Below are positions 7,925-19,849 of a stretch of DNA of 23,442 bases, piece after piece. The stretch lies in the IMG/VR virus record IMGVR_UViG_2648501361_000004, one strand, 5' to 3'. Position numbers and translations under genes: made by a program. Within the stretch, counting starts at the first letter, position 1. Every line of letters begins with the position of its first letter. Below the pieces are notes generated by a model. It was not told the DNA's origin, did not search any database, and worked only from the letters and a program-made list of their open reading frames with translations. Source of the stretch: a virus (Duplodnaviria > Heunggongvirae > Uroviricota > Caudoviricetes).

Positions 7925-10123
7925 ATGGCAGAAAAAAAGATGACTGACTGGCATCGCAAGGTGCTGTGCAACTTTGATAATGCCTGGTCAGCAACGCAGG
8001 ATATGCGTGAGCAGATTATTGAGGCTCAACGTTTCGTCCGGGTATCCGGCGCACAGTGGGAAGGCAGCACAAACGCTGGTTACTCATTTGATGAAGGCAG
8101 GTTTGAGCATTACCCGCGCTTTGAACTGAATAAGATTGCCCGTGAATGTGATCGCATCATTGGCGAGTATCGACAGAATCGCATCAGCGTTAAATTCAGG
8201 CCGAAGGATGACAAGGCATCGGAAGCGTTAGCCAAAAAGATGAACGGCAAATTCCGCGCTGACTATCAGGAAACATCAGGTGGCGAAGCGTGTGATAACG
8301 CATTTGATGATGCTGTAACGGGCGGATTCGGTTGTTTCCGCATGTGTGCCGATTACGAAGATGAAATGGACCCAAGTAACGAGCAGCGACGCATCAGCCT
8401 TCTTCCTGTTTACGACCCAGCGACATGCGTCTTCTTCGATCAGGACAGCAAGCAATATGACCGTTCTGATGCTATGTGGGCTATGGAAATGTTCTCCATG
8501 ACGCCTAAAGCGTTCGAGGCTGAATACCCTGATTCCATCGCGGCAGGCCTTTCTCGTGATGAGACTGGCACTCAATATGACTGGTCAACGCCAGATGCCA
8601 TCTATGTTGGGCGCTACTACGAAGTTCGCATAGAGAAGGTGAAGCTCACGGCATGGCGCAACCCTGTTAGCGGAGAAACGGCAATCTATGATGAAGAGCA
8701 AATCAAAGATATTGTCGACGAGCTGACCGATGGTGCATTCGAACTGATTGGCGAGCGAACGGTGAAGAAACGCCGCGTTTATTGCGGCCTTCTGTCTGGC
8801 GCTGAATGGCTGGAAGAACCGAAGCGTATTCCGGGCGAACATATTCCTCTCATCCCGGTATATGGACGTCGCTCATTTGTTGATAATCAGGAACGAATCG
8901 AAGGCCACGCAGCAAAAGCGATGGATGCACAGCGTCTTGAGAACCTGATGGTTTCCATGATTGCAGATAACGCTACTCAGGCTGGCGGTGATGGCATTCC
9001 TGTAGTTGATGTTGACATGATTCCTGGTCCTCTCGCTACTCATTGGGCGGAGCGCAACAAAAAGCGCCCGGCGTTCCTGCCGATGGTCAGTCTGAAAAAC
9101 AAAAACGGAGATATTACTGCGCAGGCTCAGGTCAGCAGTTATACGCCTCCGACACAAATGCCTCCAGCTCTTGCCGGGCTATTGCAGTACACCGGAACGG
9201 CTATTCAGCAAATTACAGGTGCGTCGCAGCTTGAGAACATGCCGAGCAACGTTGCTACCGATACCGTTGATAGCATCTTTAACCGGATGGATACGCAGTC
9301 CTATATCTACATGGACAACATGGCTAAATCCATGCGTCGCGCTGGCGTTGTGTGGCTTTCTATGGCTCGTGAAGTCTATGGCAGCGATACGCCGATGCGT
9401 ATCGTTAATGAGGACGGCAGCGATGACGTGGCGCTGATGACTGGTGAAGTGGTTGACCGTCAGACAGGGCAGGTTATCGCGCTTAACGACCTTTCGCAGG
9501 GTAACTATGAAGTGACTGTCGATGTCGGTCAGTCGTTCGCTACTCGCCGTGACGCAACGGTTAAGTCGTTACTTTCCATGCTGGCACTTATCCCGCCCGG
9601 AACGCCGAAACACGACCTTGTATCGTCGATGATCCTCGACAATATGGACGGCGAAGGGATGGACGACCTTAAAGAATACAACCGCAATCAGTTGCTTCTG
9701 TCTGGAGTTATCAAGCCGAGAACGCCAGAAGAACAGCAGATGGTTGAGCAGGCGAAACAACAACAGGCCAGTCAGCCAGATCCGGCTATGGTTGCTGCGC
9801 AAGGTCAGCTTCTTGCTGGTCAGGCTGAATTGCAGAAAGCGCAGAACGAGCAGGCAGCCATTCAGGTTAAAGCATTCCAGGCACAGACTGATGCTCAGGT
9901 TGCAGCGGCAAATGTTGTGAAAATCCTCGCATCTGCCGATAGCCAGCAGAAATCTGATATCCGCGAGGCTCTGAAACTGCTCGGACAGTTCCAGCAACAG
10001 CAAGGAGACAATGCCCGTGCTGATGCAGAGCTTGTCCTGAAAAGTCAGGCACAGGGCCATGCGCAGCGCATGGACATCAGCAGCATCCTGCAAAAATCAA
10101 CTCAGCAACAACCACAGCAGTAA
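7925..10123 (+). CDS. Portal protein (P22 gp1-like)
   Basis: 732 aa; blocks TDYEDE..., YYEVR, KRRRVY, GEHIPLIPVYG, PEEQQMVEQAKQQQASQPDPAMVAAQGQLLAGQAELQKAQNEQ, DARADAELVLK and RMDIS align with P22 portal as recalled, including the long C-terminal helical extension. Confidence 0.93.
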   Translation: MAEKKMTDWHRKVLCNFDNAWSATQDMREQIIEAQRFVRVSGAQWEGSTNAGYSFDEGRFEHYPRFELNKIARECDRIIGEYRQNRISVKFRPKDDKASEALAKKMNGKFRADYQETSGGEACDNAFDDAVTGGFGCFRMCADYEDEMDPSNEQRRISLLPVYDPATCVFFDQDSKQYDRSDAMWAMEMFSMTPKAFEAEYPDSIAAGLSRDETGTQYDWSTPDAIYVGRYYEVRIEKVKLTAWRNPVSGETAIYDEEQIKDIVDELTDGAFELIGERTVKKRRVYCGLLSGAEWLEEPKRIPGEHIPLIPVYGRRSFVDNQERIEGHAAKAMDAQRLENLMVSMIADNATQAGGDGIPVVDVDMIPGPLATHWAERNKKRPAFLPMVSLKNKNGDITAQAQVSSYTPPTQMPPALAGLLQYTGTAIQQITGASQLENMPSNVATDTVDSIFNRMDTQSYIYMDNMAKSMRRAGVVWLSMAREVYGSDTPMRIVNEDGSDDVALMTGEVVDRQTGQVIALNDLSQGNYEVTVDVGQSFATRRDATVKSLLSMLALIPPGTPKHDLVSSMILDNMDGEGMDDLKEYNRNQLLLSGVIKPRTPEEQQMVEQAKQQQASQPDPAMVAAQGQLLAGQAELQKAQNEQAAIQVKAFQAQTDAQVAAANVVKILASADSQQKSDIREALKLLGQFQQQQGDNARADAELVLKSQAQGHAQRMDISSILQKSTQQQPQQ

Positions 10124-10213
10124 TTAACCCATAACGTGCAATGGCTGTCTTTATGAGGCCTGGCACCCTATTGCCTTCCGATGGGCTGAACATCGAGTAA
10201 ACAGGGGTAACAA

Positions 10214-11107
10214 ATGGACCAGATGGCAGAAAACACACCAGAAGTTGAAATCGAAACCGACGCGTCAGAGCAGATTCCTGATGATGTCGAACTGGCTGAA
10301 AAAGTCGAAACAGAAGATGGCAGTGAGTCCTCAGGCAATGATGCAGAGGAGGCTACTGAAACTGATGACGACGAATCAGAACAGGAATTCTACTTTGGTG
10401 ACGAAAAGCTGGATTCGCCAACCAGCGAAGATGGCGCTGAGCATGGACTGGTAAAACACCTGCGCAAGACGATTAAAGAGAAAGACCGCGAGCTGAAAGA
10501 GCTGATGCGTCAGTCTCAGAAACCCGTCGAGCAGCAGCCGGTAATCACTCAACCACCGCGAATGCCAAAACTGGATGATGAGGACATCGGTTTCGATGAA
10601 GAAATCTACCAGCAACGCATGGCTAAGTGGGCAGAGGATAATGGCAAGTACCAGCAACAGGAGATGGCTCGCAAGCAGAAGGAGCAGGAGCTTCAGGCTG
10701 CCTATCAAGAGCGATTATCCAAATATCAGCAACGTGTTAAGGCTCTCAAAGTTCCTGGCTATCAGGAAGCTGAGCAGGCCGTACTCGAGGAAATCCCCAT
10801 CGAGACACAAAACGCGATCCTGTTTGAGTCAGAGAAGCCGGAAATCGTTGTTCTGGCGCTTGGTCGCAACGCTGAACTGCGCAAGCAACTGGCAGAAGCT
10901 ACCAACCCCGTAGCAATTGGTCGTCTGCTGGAACGTATCGAATCGAAGGCCAGAATCATGCCAAAAGCAAAAACCACGGCAGCCACAACCCCGACGGTTA
11001 AGGGGAGCAACGGCGCAGTAATCAACAACCTCGACAAATTGAAAGCCAAGGCGCTGGAAACTGGTGACTGGACGCCGTATTTCGCCGCTAAAAAGGCAAA
11101 AAAATAA
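10214..11107 (+). CDS. Scaffolding protein (P22 gp8-like)
   Basis: 297 aa, highly acidic N-terminus, coiled-coil Q/E/K-rich middle, basic C-terminal tail. Sits between portal and coat. Confidence 0.8.
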   Translation: MDQMAENTPEVEIETDASEQIPDDVELAEKVETEDGSESSGNDAEEATETDDDESEQEFYFGDEKLDSPTSEDGAEHGLVKHLRKTIKEKDRELKELMRQSQKPVEQQPVITQPPRMPKLDDEDIGFDEEIYQQRMAKWAEDNGKYQQQEMARKQKEQELQAAYQERLSKYQQRVKALKVPGYQEAEQAVLEEIPIETQNAILFESEKPEIVVLALGRNAELRKQLAEATNPVAIGRLLERIESKARIMPKAKTTAATTPTVKGSNGAVINNLDKLKAKALETGDWTPYFAAKKAKK

Positions 11108-11125
11108 CCTATTGGAGCATTAAGC

Positions 11126-12379
11126 ATGGCTAACCAATTAGCAAAAGACCTTGAAATCATGTTCGAAAACTACGTTGAAGGCTTTGAGGCCGCCTGCGTA
11201 GTTTCCCGTAACGCTAAAAAATTCCGTCCCGGTGATACAGCAATGCAGCGAGCAGGTGATGTTCTGTATCGTCCGCAGCATTACCACATGAATATTGAGG
11301 AAGGCCTCGACCTCAGCAGCAAAACGCCAACAGCACTGGTTCAGCGCCTTGTTCCTTCAGTGTTCAAGGAGCCGAAAAACATTCTGTACACTCTGGATGC
11401 GCGTGAAATGCGTGATCCGGAACATAAAACTGAAGCTGGTCGCGCCGCAGGTATGCGCCTTGCTGCACAGATTGACTCTGACCTGATTTCCATGGTCACG
11501 CAGCGTGCTACTAACGTGATCACGATGGCTGACTCAACCGCAGGTACACAGGGCCGTGATTTGTGGAACTGTGCGGCAGGTATTGATGCCACCATGACGG
11601 CGATTGGTGTACCTCAGGGTATCAACCGTCGCTCTTTCTGGAACCCCTTCAACTACAAAGACCTTGCTGGCGAGCTTGGTCACCGTGCCTATGCTCAGGG
11701 CGCAACCCTGACAGCATACGAAAAAGCGCAAATCCCTCCGGTTGCGTCCTTCGATAGCTACAAGACCGATATTTCTGGTCGATTACCGAAAGGAAGCACT
11801 GAATCCTTGACAGTATCAGGCCAACCTGAACACAAGGTTGAAGCGAAAGATTCAAATGGTATGCCAGTTGATAACCGACAGGGGACTATTACGGTATCTG
11901 CATCTGGCTTGCAGGTTGGTGATGCGTTCACCATTGCCGGTGTGAATTCCGTACACCAGATCACAAAAGATACCACCGGTCAACCGCAGGTATTCCGTGT
12001 TCTGGCTGTTAGCGGAACTACCGTAACAATTTCTCCAAAGATTCTCCCTGTTGAAAATACTGATGTTGCGAGTCGTCCATATGCAAACGTCGATGCCAAA
12101 CCGGCAGAATCAGCAGCAATCACCATTCTCAACAAGAACGCAGCACCTGCTAACCTCTTCTGGGCTGATGGTTCTGTTGAGCTGATGTACGGCAAACTGG
12201 CATTCCCGACAGGTCAGGGTCCACAGGTAATGACAGCAACCACCGAGCAGGGCGCTACGCTGATCATGTCTTATGCCTTCGACCACATCAAAGGCGTAAC
12301 CACTGCTCGTTTCACCACTCTGTACGGTTGCTCTGTACTTGTTCCTGAATATACGGGCATCGTTATTGCCGGGCAGTAA
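11126..12379 (+). CDS. Major capsid (coat) protein (P22 gp5-like)
   Basis: 417 aa; C-terminal blocks YANVDAKPAESAAITILN and LFWADGSVELMYG parallel P22 coat (YANVNTSLADAMAVNILN, VFWADDAIRIVS) as recalled. Confidence 0.9.
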   Translation: MANQLAKDLEIMFENYVEGFEAACVVSRNAKKFRPGDTAMQRAGDVLYRPQHYHMNIEEGLDLSSKTPTALVQRLVPSVFKEPKNILYTLDAREMRDPEHKTEAGRAAGMRLAAQIDSDLISMVTQRATNVITMADSTAGTQGRDLWNCAAGIDATMTAIGVPQGINRRSFWNPFNYKDLAGELGHRAYAQGATLTAYEKAQIPPVASFDSYKTDISGRLPKGSTESLTVSGQPEHKVEAKDSNGMPVDNRQGTITVSASGLQVGDAFTIAGVNSVHQITKDTTGQPQVFRVLAVSGTTVTISPKILPVENTDVASRPYANVDAKPAESAAITILNKNAAPANLFWADGSVELMYGKLAFPTGQGPQVMTATTEQGATLIMSYAFDHIKGVTTARFTTLYGCSVLVPEYTGIVIAGQ

Positions 12380-12383
12380 TTTT

Positions 12384-12408
12384 GGTGGGGCTTCGGCCCC
12401 ATTTTTAT
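12384..12408 (+). terminator. Intrinsic terminator/attenuator after the coat gene
   Basis: GGGGC-TTCG-GCCCC hairpin (extendable by flanking pairs) followed by ATTTTTATT, 5 nt after the coat stop. Confidence 0.6.
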
Positions 12409-12420
12409 TGGGAGAAGACA

Positions 12421-12609
12421 ATGGCACGAACAATGCTCTATAAGCCTGGCAACATGATCACCTGTGGTCAGTTTGCTGTCGATTACGTCATTGTTGATGA
12501 CGAAGAAGTTAAATCTCACCTGAAAAAAGGTTGGGTAAAAACTCCTGAAGAAACCGCAACGAAGCAAAAAGTGGCTAAGGCGGAAGAAGATGGCGAAAAC
12601 GAAGGGTGA
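12421..12609 (+). CDS. Hypothetical small protein between coat and gp4
   Basis: 62-aa ORF from ATG 12421 with GGAGAAG RBS. The track start at 12382 would span the terminator hairpin, so the shorter start is preferred. Confidence 0.5.
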   Translation: MARTMLYKPGNMITCGQFAVDYVIVDDEEVKSHLKKGWVKTPEETATKQKVAKAEEDGENEG

Positions 12610-13051
12610 TCTCGTTCTAAAGGCTTTACGAAAAGCCGGGCTGTATTCCAATGCCACGTTGACAGATGCTGACCCTCAGGCAATTGAAGATGCCATTAAT
12701 GACCTCGAAGACATGATGGCAGCATGGCAGGCTAAAGGTATCGAGCTTGGATATCAGTTTGCTGATACAGAAAACGGCATCATGCCGTTACCTGACGATG
12801 ATTCAGGTATCCCTGCATGGGCAAATGATGGCGTCGCTTTGAAACTCGCTGTGCAAGTGTGCATGGATAACGTCATTCAGCCGTCAGACGCTCTCCTTAC
12901 CGCTGCTGACAGTGCATATCAGACAATCTGTATCGCTTTAACCAAAATACCACCACTTGAGCGGCGAAATGACATGCCTCGCGGTAGTGGTAACAAAAGC
13001 GCGTTTACGTGGAATCGGTTTTACATCGAGAAAGATGATCCGAGTACGTGA
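12590..13051 (+). CDS. Head-tail adaptor / tail accessory factor (P22 gp4-like)
   Basis: 153 aa; KTKGDLVLKALRKAGLYSNATLTDADPQAIEDAINDLEDMMAAW matches the P22 gp4 N-terminus as recalled. Confidence 0.88.
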   Translation: MAKTKGDLVLKALRKAGLYSNATLTDADPQAIEDAINDLEDMMAAWQAKGIELGYQFADTENGIMPLPDDDSGIPAWANDGVALKLAVQVCMDNVIQPSDALLTAADSAYQTICIALTKIPPLERRNDMPRGSGNKSAFTWNRFYIEKDDPST

Positions 13052-13060
13052 GGTGAATAA

Positions 13061-14479
13061 ATGCCGATTCAGCAACTTCCGCTTATGAAAGGTGTCGGCA
13101 AAGACTTTCGAAACGCCGACTATATCGACTATCTGCCAGTGAATATGTTGGCTACGCCCAAAGAAATCCTGAACAGCAGCGGATATCTTCGCTCATTCCC
13201 GGGCATTGCCAAACGTTCTGATGTGAATGGTATATCGCGCGGCGTCGAGTACAACATGGCGCAGAGTGCTGTTTATCGCGTGTGTGGCGGCAAGCTGTAC
13301 AAAGGAGAAAGCGAAGTCGGTGACGTCGCCGGAAGTGGTCGCGTATCAATGGCGCATGGTCGAACATCACAGGCTGTAGGCGTTAATGGTCAACTGGTCG
13401 AGTATCGTTATGATGGCACGGTTAAAACCGTCTCAAACTGGCCTACAGACAGTGGATTCACGCAGTATGAGTTAGGTTCAGTTCGCGACATTACTCGCTT
13501 ACGTGGGCGTTATGCGTGGTCAAAAGACGGAACTGATTCATGGTTTATCACTGACCTTGAAGACGAATCGCACCCTGACCGATACAGTGCACAATATCGC
13601 GCAGAATCGCAGCCGGACGGCATCATCGGTATCGGGACATGGCGAGACTTCATCGTCTGCTTTGGTTCATCGACTATTGAATATTTCTCCCTGACTGGCG
13701 CAACCACCGTTGGTGCTGCTTTGTATGTCGCACAGCCATCACTGATGGTGCAAAAAGGCATCGCCGGAACCTATTGCAAAACGCCATTCGCTGATTCCTA
13801 TGCGTTCATCAGCAATCCGGCAACAGGTGCGCCGTCTGTATACATCATCGGTTCCGGGCAGGTGTCACCAATCGCCAGCGCGAGCATTGAGAAAATTCTT
13901 CGCTCCTACACTGCTGATGAACTGGCTGATGGTGTGATGGAGTCTCTGCGATTTGATGCGCATGAGCTGCTGATTATCCATCTTCCGCGCCATGTCCTCG
14001 TATACGACGCATCTTCAAGCGCCAATGCTCCGCAATGGTGTGTACTGAAAACAGGTCTGTATGACGATGTGTACCGCGCTATCGACTTCATTTACGAAGG
14101 CAATCAGATAACGTGCGGCGATAAGCTGGAGTCCGTGACCGGGAAATTGCAATTCGACATCAGCAGCCAGTACGACAAGCAACAGGAGCATCTGCTGTTT
14201 ACTCCTCTGTTCAAAGCGGATAACGCCAGAGTTTTCGACCTTGAAGTTGAATCTTCAACTGGCGTTGCGCAGTACGCCGACCGCCTTTTTCTCTCTGCAA
14301 CCACTGACGGCATCAATTACGGTCGTGAGCAGATGATTGAGCAGAATGAACCGTTTGTTTACGACAAACGCGTTTTGTGGAAGCGAGTCGGGCGCATCAG
14401 GAAAAATGTCGGCTTCAAATTGCGCGTTATCACGAAGTCACCTGTCACTCTGTCTGGCTGCCAGATAAGGATCGAGTAA
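13061..14479 (+). CDS. Packaged-DNA stabilization / tail hub protein (P22 gp10-like)
   Basis: 472 aa, same length class as P22 gp10, at the syntenic position between gp4 and the tail needle. Confidence 0.8.
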   Translation: MPIQQLPLMKGVGKDFRNADYIDYLPVNMLATPKEILNSSGYLRSFPGIAKRSDVNGISRGVEYNMAQSAVYRVCGGKLYKGESEVGDVAGSGRVSMAHGRTSQAVGVNGQLVEYRYDGTVKTVSNWPTDSGFTQYELGSVRDITRLRGRYAWSKDGTDSWFITDLEDESHPDRYSAQYRAESQPDGIIGIGTWRDFIVCFGSSTIEYFSLTGATTVGAALYVAQPSLMVQKGIAGTYCKTPFADSYAFISNPATGAPSVYIIGSGQVSPIASASIEKILRSYTADELADGVMESLRFDAHELLIIHLPRHVLVYDASSSANAPQWCVLKTGLYDDVYRAIDFIYEGNQITCGDKLESVTGKLQFDISSQYDKQQEHLLFTPLFKADNARVFDLEVESSTGVAQYADRLFLSATTDGINYGREQMIEQNEPFVYDKRVLWKRVGRIRKNVGFKLRVITKSPVTLSGCQIRIE

Positions 14480-15180
14480 TGGCTGATTCGAATCTCAACA
14501 CCCCTGTTATTGTGCAGGCGACGCGGCTCGATACATCAATCCTTCCACGCAATATATTCAGCCAGTCTTACCTGCTGTATGTCATTAATCAGGGGGCTGA
14601 TGTCGGCGCAATTGCCGGGAAAGCAAATCAGGCTGGTCAGGGCGCTTACGATGCTCAGGTGAAAAACGATGAACAGGATGTCGAACTGGCTGACCACGAT
14701 GCAAGAATCACCGCAAACACAAAAGCGATAAATCTCCTTGAGGTCAGGTTAACAACCGCCGAAGGGAAGATAGTTGTACTGCGTAGCGATGTTGATTACT
14801 TGCTGGATGAGGTTATCGATATTCAGGCGCATCTGGTCACTGTTGACCAAAGACTGGATGGCGTAGAAAGCGATATATCTGACATTAAGAGTGATTACGT
14901 ATCGAAAACCGTAACAGAATCGCAGTCTCTTGCGTCACCGCTGGATGTAAAAACATCATATTCAGTTGATGGAATTCAGGTCGTTGGAGCAAGGCAGACC
15001 GGATGGACAGCGGCCACAGGCACACCACTTCTTGGCTCATTCAACGCTAACCAGTCATACACGGTCGGCACTACGTACACACAATCCGAAGTCGCAGCTA
15101 TCGCTACAGGTTTGGAGCAGGCGCGGCAGCGTATTCTGGCGCTTGAAACAGCACTTAGATTACATGGGCTGATTGACTGA
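14479..15180 (+). CDS. Tail needle protein (P22 gp26-like)
   Basis: 233 aa from the ATG overlapping the gp10 stop. [77 protein letters not shown] and the C-terminal [34 protein letters not shown] match gp26 as recalled. The track ORF 14377..15180 is an upstream extension. Confidence 0.9.
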   Translation: MADSNLNTPVIVQATRLDTSILPRNIFSQSYLLYVINQGADVGAIAGKANQAGQGAYDAQVKNDEQDVELADHDARITANTKAINLLEVRLTTAEGKIVVLRSDVDYLLDEVIDIQAHLVTVDQRLDGVESDISDIKSDYVSKTVTESQSLASPLDVKTSYSVDGIQVVGARQTGWTAATGTPLLGSFNANQSYTVGTTYTQSEVAAIATGLEQARQRILALETALRLHGLID

Positions 15181-15635
15181 TGATTACATTCAAACCAACG
15201 CGAAACATCGACCTGATCGAAGCAGTAGGAAATCACCCTGACATCATCGCCGGGAGCAACAACGGTGATGGATACGACTACAAACCTGATTGCCGTTACT
15301 TTGAGGTGAACGTGCACGGTCAGTTTGGCGGCATTGTTTACTATCAGGAGATTCAGCCGCTTACATTCGATTGCCACGCCATGTACCTGCCAGAGATTCG
15401 CGGCTTCAGCAAGGAAATAGGGCTGGCGTTCTGGCGATACATTCTGACCAACACCACCGTTCAGTGCGTCACATCATTTGCTGCACGCAAATTCCGCCAC
15501 GGGCAGATGTACTGCGCAATGATTGGCCTTAAGCGTGTAGGAACCATCAAGAAATACTTCAAAGGCGTGGATGACGTGACGTTTTACAGCGCCACACGCG
15601 AAGAACTAATCGACTTCCTGAATCACGGGAGATAG
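15180..15635 (+). CDS. Tail accessory factor (P22 gp14-like)
   Basis: 151 aa at the syntenic position after the needle gene. Start overlaps the gp26 stop. Confidence 0.8.
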   Translation: MITFKPTRNIDLIEAVGNHPDIIAGSNNGDGYDYKPDCRYFEVNVHGQFGGIVYYQEIQPLTFDCHAMYLPEIRGFSKEIGLAFWRYILTNTTVQCVTSFAARKFRHGQMYCAMIGLKRVGTIKKYFKGVDDVTFYSATREELIDFLNHGR

Positions 15636-15637
15636 CC

Positions 15638-16330
15638 ATGTTATATGCATTTACGCTGGGCAGAAAACTGCGCGGCGAGGAACCTTATTACCCTGAAAAA
15701 GGCGGGAAAGGTGGCAGTTCTGATAAAAGCGCAAAGTATGCAGCAGAAGCTCAGAAGTATGCCGCAGACCTGCAAAATCAGCAGTTCAACACCATCATGA
15801 ACAACCTGAAGCTGTTTACTCCTCTGGCTGGGAAGTATGTCGGCAGCCTTGAGAACTTATCGTCTCTGGAAGGGCAAGGTCAGGCACTTAACCAGTATTA
15901 CAACTCTCAGCAGTATAAAGACCTTGCAGGTCAGGCTCGCTATCAGAGTCTGGCGGCAGCGGAAGCAACAGGTGGATTGGGTTCCACCGCAACCAGTAAT
16001 CAGTTAGCAACAATCGCACCAACGCTTGGTCAGCAATGGCTATCTGGACAAATGAACAATTACAACAACCTGGCAAATATCGGTCTTGGCGCTCTTCAGG
16101 GGCAGGCAAACGCCGGGCAAACATATGCCAACAACATGAGTCAGATTTCACAGCAAAGCGCGGCTCTTGCAGCGGCAAACGCCAACCGACCGTCAGCATT
16201 GCGGCAGGGTGTTAGTGGTGCTGCATCCGGTGCGCTTTTGGGTGGTGGCATAGCCAGTGCTCTCGAGCTATCAACTCCGTGGGGTGCTGGTATCGGTGCT
16301 GGTCTTGGTCTGCTTGGCTCGTTGTTTTAA
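15638..16330 (+). CDS. Ejection protein (P22 gp7-like)
   Basis: 230 aa, begins MLYAFTLGRKLRGEEPYYPEKGG, with a Gly-rich hydrophobic C-terminus. First of three ejection-protein genes. Confidence 0.8.
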   Translation: MLYAFTLGRKLRGEEPYYPEKGGKGGSSDKSAKYAAEAQKYAADLQNQQFNTIMNNLKLFTPLAGKYVGSLENLSSLEGQGQALNQYYNSQQYKDLAGQARYQSLAAAEATGGLGSTATSNQLATIAPTLGQQWLSGQMNNYNNLANIGLGALQGQANAGQTYANNMSQISQQSAALAAANANRPSALRQGVSGAASGALLGGGIASALELSTPWGAGIGAGLGLLGSLF

Positions 16331-16340
16331 GGGGTAATCA

Positions 16341-17690
16341 ATGGCTACGTGGCAACAGGGTATTAATTCTGGTGGTTTTCTGGCTGGAATTGGTGCGCAA
16401 AATGAGAATGCGCCAAAGGCAAGCGACATTAACGCAACGCTTGGTCTGATCCGCGAAAACAATGAACTGGCTCAATCAGGTGCAAATAACGTTGGTCTGA
16501 CCGCGTTACGTGGTCTGGCTGGAGTTGCTGATATTTATAAGCAGGACCAGCAACAGAAAGCGATTAATGCGTTCAATAAGGTTCATGCTGATGCATGGGC
16601 TTCTGGTGATCCATCGGGACTATTTAAGTTTGCCAAGGAAAATCCAGCGTTTGTTGCGCAGGCACAACAGGCATTTTCCGGTCTTAATGAGCAGCAACGC
16701 AACGATATGGGCGATTTAGCCATGAGGGCTAACGTCGCTCTTTCTCAGGGACCGGAAGCCTACAGTAAATTCATTACTGACAACAAGGACAGGTTAAATC
16801 GCGTGGGGGCGAATGCTGATTGGATGATTCAGACAGGTATCCAGAATCCAGAGCAGCTATCACACATGCTGACTACTATGTCTCTCGGTGCGCTTGGACC
16901 AGAAAAGGCGTTTGCTGTTCAGGACAAGATGGTTGGTCGCCAGCAGGAGCAGCAAAGAATTAACGAAACCATTCGCAATAATGACATGACGAATGCGAGG
17001 GCTATTAGGGGGCAGGATCTTTCCTATAAGGCTCAAATGGCAAGACTGAATCACGACAAGTATGTGTTTAAGCAGTCACAGGCGGCCCTTGAAAGAGCAG
17101 GACAACTTCAGGATATGGATGTTTTGTCTCTTAACTCACAGATAGCAGCGACGGGAATTGATCCTCTAACCGGTAAAGCTGCAACGTCAGCCAGAATGTC
17201 TCAGGCTAAGAGATGGCTTGATGGCAACAATAATTACAACAATGCGTTGATTACTGGTGAGCGAGGGATAGAGAAAATAGATTCTTTGCTTGGTAAGAAG
17301 GAGCTTGAAGGTATCGGTCGCTTCGAAGGAAGAAATATAGATGGCTTCACAAGTGCTGAAGGGCTTGCAAACCGTAATGCGATAGAAGAATTAAAGTCGG
17401 GTGCGTTTGTCCAGAACGTGCAGATTATGCGAGGTATGGGGAGCCTCTCCAATGCTGAAGGCCAAAAACTGGAAAACCTGATCGCGAAACTCGATATAAC
17501 ACAGCCTGAAGAGGTCGTCAGAAAACAGTTATCTGAAATCCGATCGCAATATTCTGTATTTCAAAAGGTTGCAGCAAGGGAGGCTGAATCAATGGGATAT
17601 AGTTCATCAGGTTATGACACATATGTTAGTGAGCGAAAATCAGGAAGCGACAGCAATAAGTCCGGTTTCTCGTCTTTATGGGGTGATTAA
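16341..17690 (+). CDS. Ejection protein (P22 gp20-like)
   Basis: 449 aa, Q/N-rich, syntenic between the gp7 and gp16 homologues. Confidence 0.8.
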   Translation: MATWQQGINSGGFLAGIGAQNENAPKASDINATLGLIRENNELAQSGANNVGLTALRGLAGVADIYKQDQQQKAINAFNKVHADAWASGDPSGLFKFAKENPAFVAQAQQAFSGLNEQQRNDMGDLAMRANVALSQGPEAYSKFITDNKDRLNRVGANADWMIQTGIQNPEQLSHMLTTMSLGALGPEKAFAVQDKMVGRQQEQQRINETIRNNDMTNARAIRGQDLSYKAQMARLNHDKYVFKQSQAALERAGQLQDMDVLSLNSQIAATGIDPLTGKAATSARMSQAKRWLDGNNNYNNALITGERGIEKIDSLLGKKELEGIGRFEGRNIDGFTSAEGLANRNAIEELKSGAFVQNVQIMRGMGSLSNAEGQKLENLIAKLDITQPEEVVRKQLSEIRSQYSVFQKVAAREAESMGYSSSGYDTYVSERKSGSDSNKSGFSSLWGD

Positions 17691-19849
17691 TGGCTAAAGC
17701 ATGGAAAGATGTTATCGCTTCTCCACAGTATCAGGCGTTAACTGAAGAACAGAAAGCACAGGCTCAAGCGCAATATTTTGATGAGGTTGTTGCCCCTAAG
17801 GCTGGTGACAAATGGGCTGAAGCAAGAGATCAGTTTTATGCAGCATACCCTCCGCCTCAGCAGCAGAAAGAAGAACCATCATTGATGCAACAAGCTGGTG
17901 ATTGGCTCACAGGTGGTCAAAGTGCAGGGCAAATTGCAGAACAGGCTGGTCGTGGTCTGGTAAACATACCATTTGACGTATTGCAGGGTGGCGCAAGTCT
18001 GATTAATGCAATCAGCCAGGGGCTTGGCGGCCCCAAGGTTTTGGATGATGTTTATCGCCCTGCCGAGCGACCGACAGACCCTTACGCGCAAGCCGGTGAA
18101 ACAATTGGTGGGTATCTCCTGCCAATTGGCACAGCGGCAAAAGCTGCTGGAGCGACAGCAAAGCTCGCTGGAGATATCGGTTCCGCCGGAAACATGATTG
18201 CAGGTTCTCTTGCTGATGCTGCAAATCAGGAGGGCGACTTTGCACAAAATGCTGCCATTAACGGTGGTATCAATATTGGTGCTCAAGGCGTTCTTTCAGG
18301 TGTCGGGCGCGTTATTGCGCCAAGGGTTTCACAGGCTCTTGGTGGTGCAGCACTGAATTCTGCTAATGATGTTTCTAGGATGGCAAAGTCAGGTGCTGGG
18401 CGTCAGTCAATTGCCAGTCAGGCCGCTAATGTGTCCGAAGATGTAGCAAAAGCGGCTGAGTCTGCTGGAATTGATATAAACGCATTAACACCAGGAATGC
18501 GATCTGGAAGTCGTGGAATTGCACAAGCCGAAGGCGCATTGGCATCAACACCAGGAATTGTTCAGGACGCCCATCAGGCAGCATTTAACGAAATATCATC
18601 AAAGTTAAGTCGAAACCTTGATGAATTTGGGGCCGCATCTGGAACGGCATCAGAAAAAAGTGCGGCTATAAAACAAAGGATTCTTCAAAATCTTGATCAG
18701 ATGAAGGATGCCGAGCGCGCGGCATGGGATGACGTGCGGTCAACAATGCCAAATCAAAAAGCAAGAATGCTAAATGGTAATGCCGTTATTCAGGCAGAGC
18801 GATCTGCCGGCATACCGCTTACTCCTGAAATGAAACAGTTTGTTCAGGCAAACAATCAAGGTGGAGTAACATTTGACGGCATGAAAGCATGGAGAGCGAA
18901 ATTTGCTGATGCGGAGCAAAAATATAAGCGTAGCGGAGAGGCAAATGCGGCAAGGAGAGCAGGGGAAATACGCCGGGCAATTACTGATGATATGCGCACA
19001 ATGGCGGAAAACGGCGGATTTCTTGATGACTGGCAAAAAGCTAATGATCTGTCTAAAGCGAGGTTATCAGCACAAGAGAGTGCAGAGTCTGTTTTCGGGC
19101 GTGATTTGGCAACAGATGCACTGATTACGAATGGAGTAAAATCCCTTCAATCATCGTCAGCTAAAGGTCTTAATGGTCCTGCTGGATTCCATTCTATGAT
19201 CCGCGCGCTGCCAGAATCAGAGCGTGTTCCTGCTATATCATCAATGTTGCAAGATGCTATCTCGCATGGTGTACGTGGTGGTAAAGCTGATGCAGCAGGA
19301 ATTAACCATATCGCAGAGATACTCACTCCACAAAATGTAAAAGCCATTAGCCGATATTCCTCAGAGCTTGGAAGAATTGCAGATGCATATGGCACTCTTG
19401 CAAGAGCAGCAGTGAAACCTCAGCAGTATATTGAAAGAACAGGGAGAACTGCCAATGTACTACGCGATCTGGATGCCGGTTTATCCAACGTCACATCAAC
19501 AGTGTTAAATGCAATTGCCAATTCAACATCAGGTGCCATTGTTGGTGGAGCAGGAGGGGGCATTGCAGGCGCTGCCGCAGGTGCTTTAGTTGGCGCCGGG
19601 CTAAAAGGTGCTGTATCTAAAATTGCCACCACACGTAGTGGTCGGTATGCGATAGAGAAAGCAGTTCAGGAAGCCACGAAAGCAGTAAGAGCTGGCGGAA
19701 GTAAAGAAGCATTAGCGGCGGCGGAACGCAGATTTATGGCAAATAAAGCCGCCGTAAAAGCAATACGCGATGCAGTTGGAAACGAAGAGTTCAATCGCTT
19801 AGCGAGGGCTGGCATTGTAGCGTCGCTAAGCGGAATGGCACAGGAGTAA
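17690..19849 (+). CDS. Ejection protein (P22 gp16-like)
   Basis: 719 aa, Ala/Gly-rich with hydrophobic glycine-zipper-like stretches ([26 protein letters not shown]). Last late structural gene before the accessory island. Confidence 0.8.
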   Translation: MAKAWKDVIASPQYQALTEEQKAQAQAQYFDEVVAPKAGDKWAEARDQFYAAYPPPQQQKEEPSLMQQAGDWLTGGQSAGQIAEQAGRGLVNIPFDVLQGGASLINAISQGLGGPKVLDDVYRPAERPTDPYAQAGETIGGYLLPIGTAAKAAGATAKLAGDIGSAGNMIAGSLADAANQEGDFAQNAAINGGINIGAQGVLSGVGRVIAPRVSQALGGAALNSANDVSRMAKSGAGRQSIASQAANVSEDVAKAAESAGIDINALTPGMRSGSRGIAQAEGALASTPGIVQDAHQAAFNEISSKLSRNLDEFGAASGTASEKSAAIKQRILQNLDQMKDAERAAWDDVRSTMPNQKARMLNGNAVIQAERSAGIPLTPEMKQFVQANNQGGVTFDGMKAWRAKFADAEQKYKRSGEANAARRAGEIRRAITDDMRTMAENGGFLDDWQKANDLSKARLSAQESAESVFGRDLATDALITNGVKSLQSSSAKGLNGPAGFHSMIRALPESERVPAISSMLQDAISHGVRGGKADAAGINHIAEILTPQNVKAISRYSSELGRIADAYGTLARAAVKPQQYIERTGRTANVLRDLDAGLSNVTSTVLNAIANSTSGAIVGGAGGGIAGAAAGALVGAGLKGAVSKIATTRSGRYAIEKAVQEATKAVRAGGSKEALAAAERRFMANKAAVKAIRDAVGNEEFNRLARAGIVASLSGMAQE

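Noticed and set aside
12382-12420. Upstream extension of the small post-coat ORF
   Set aside because: It would translate through the terminator hairpin immediately after the coat stop; the ATG at 12421 with RBS is more plausible.
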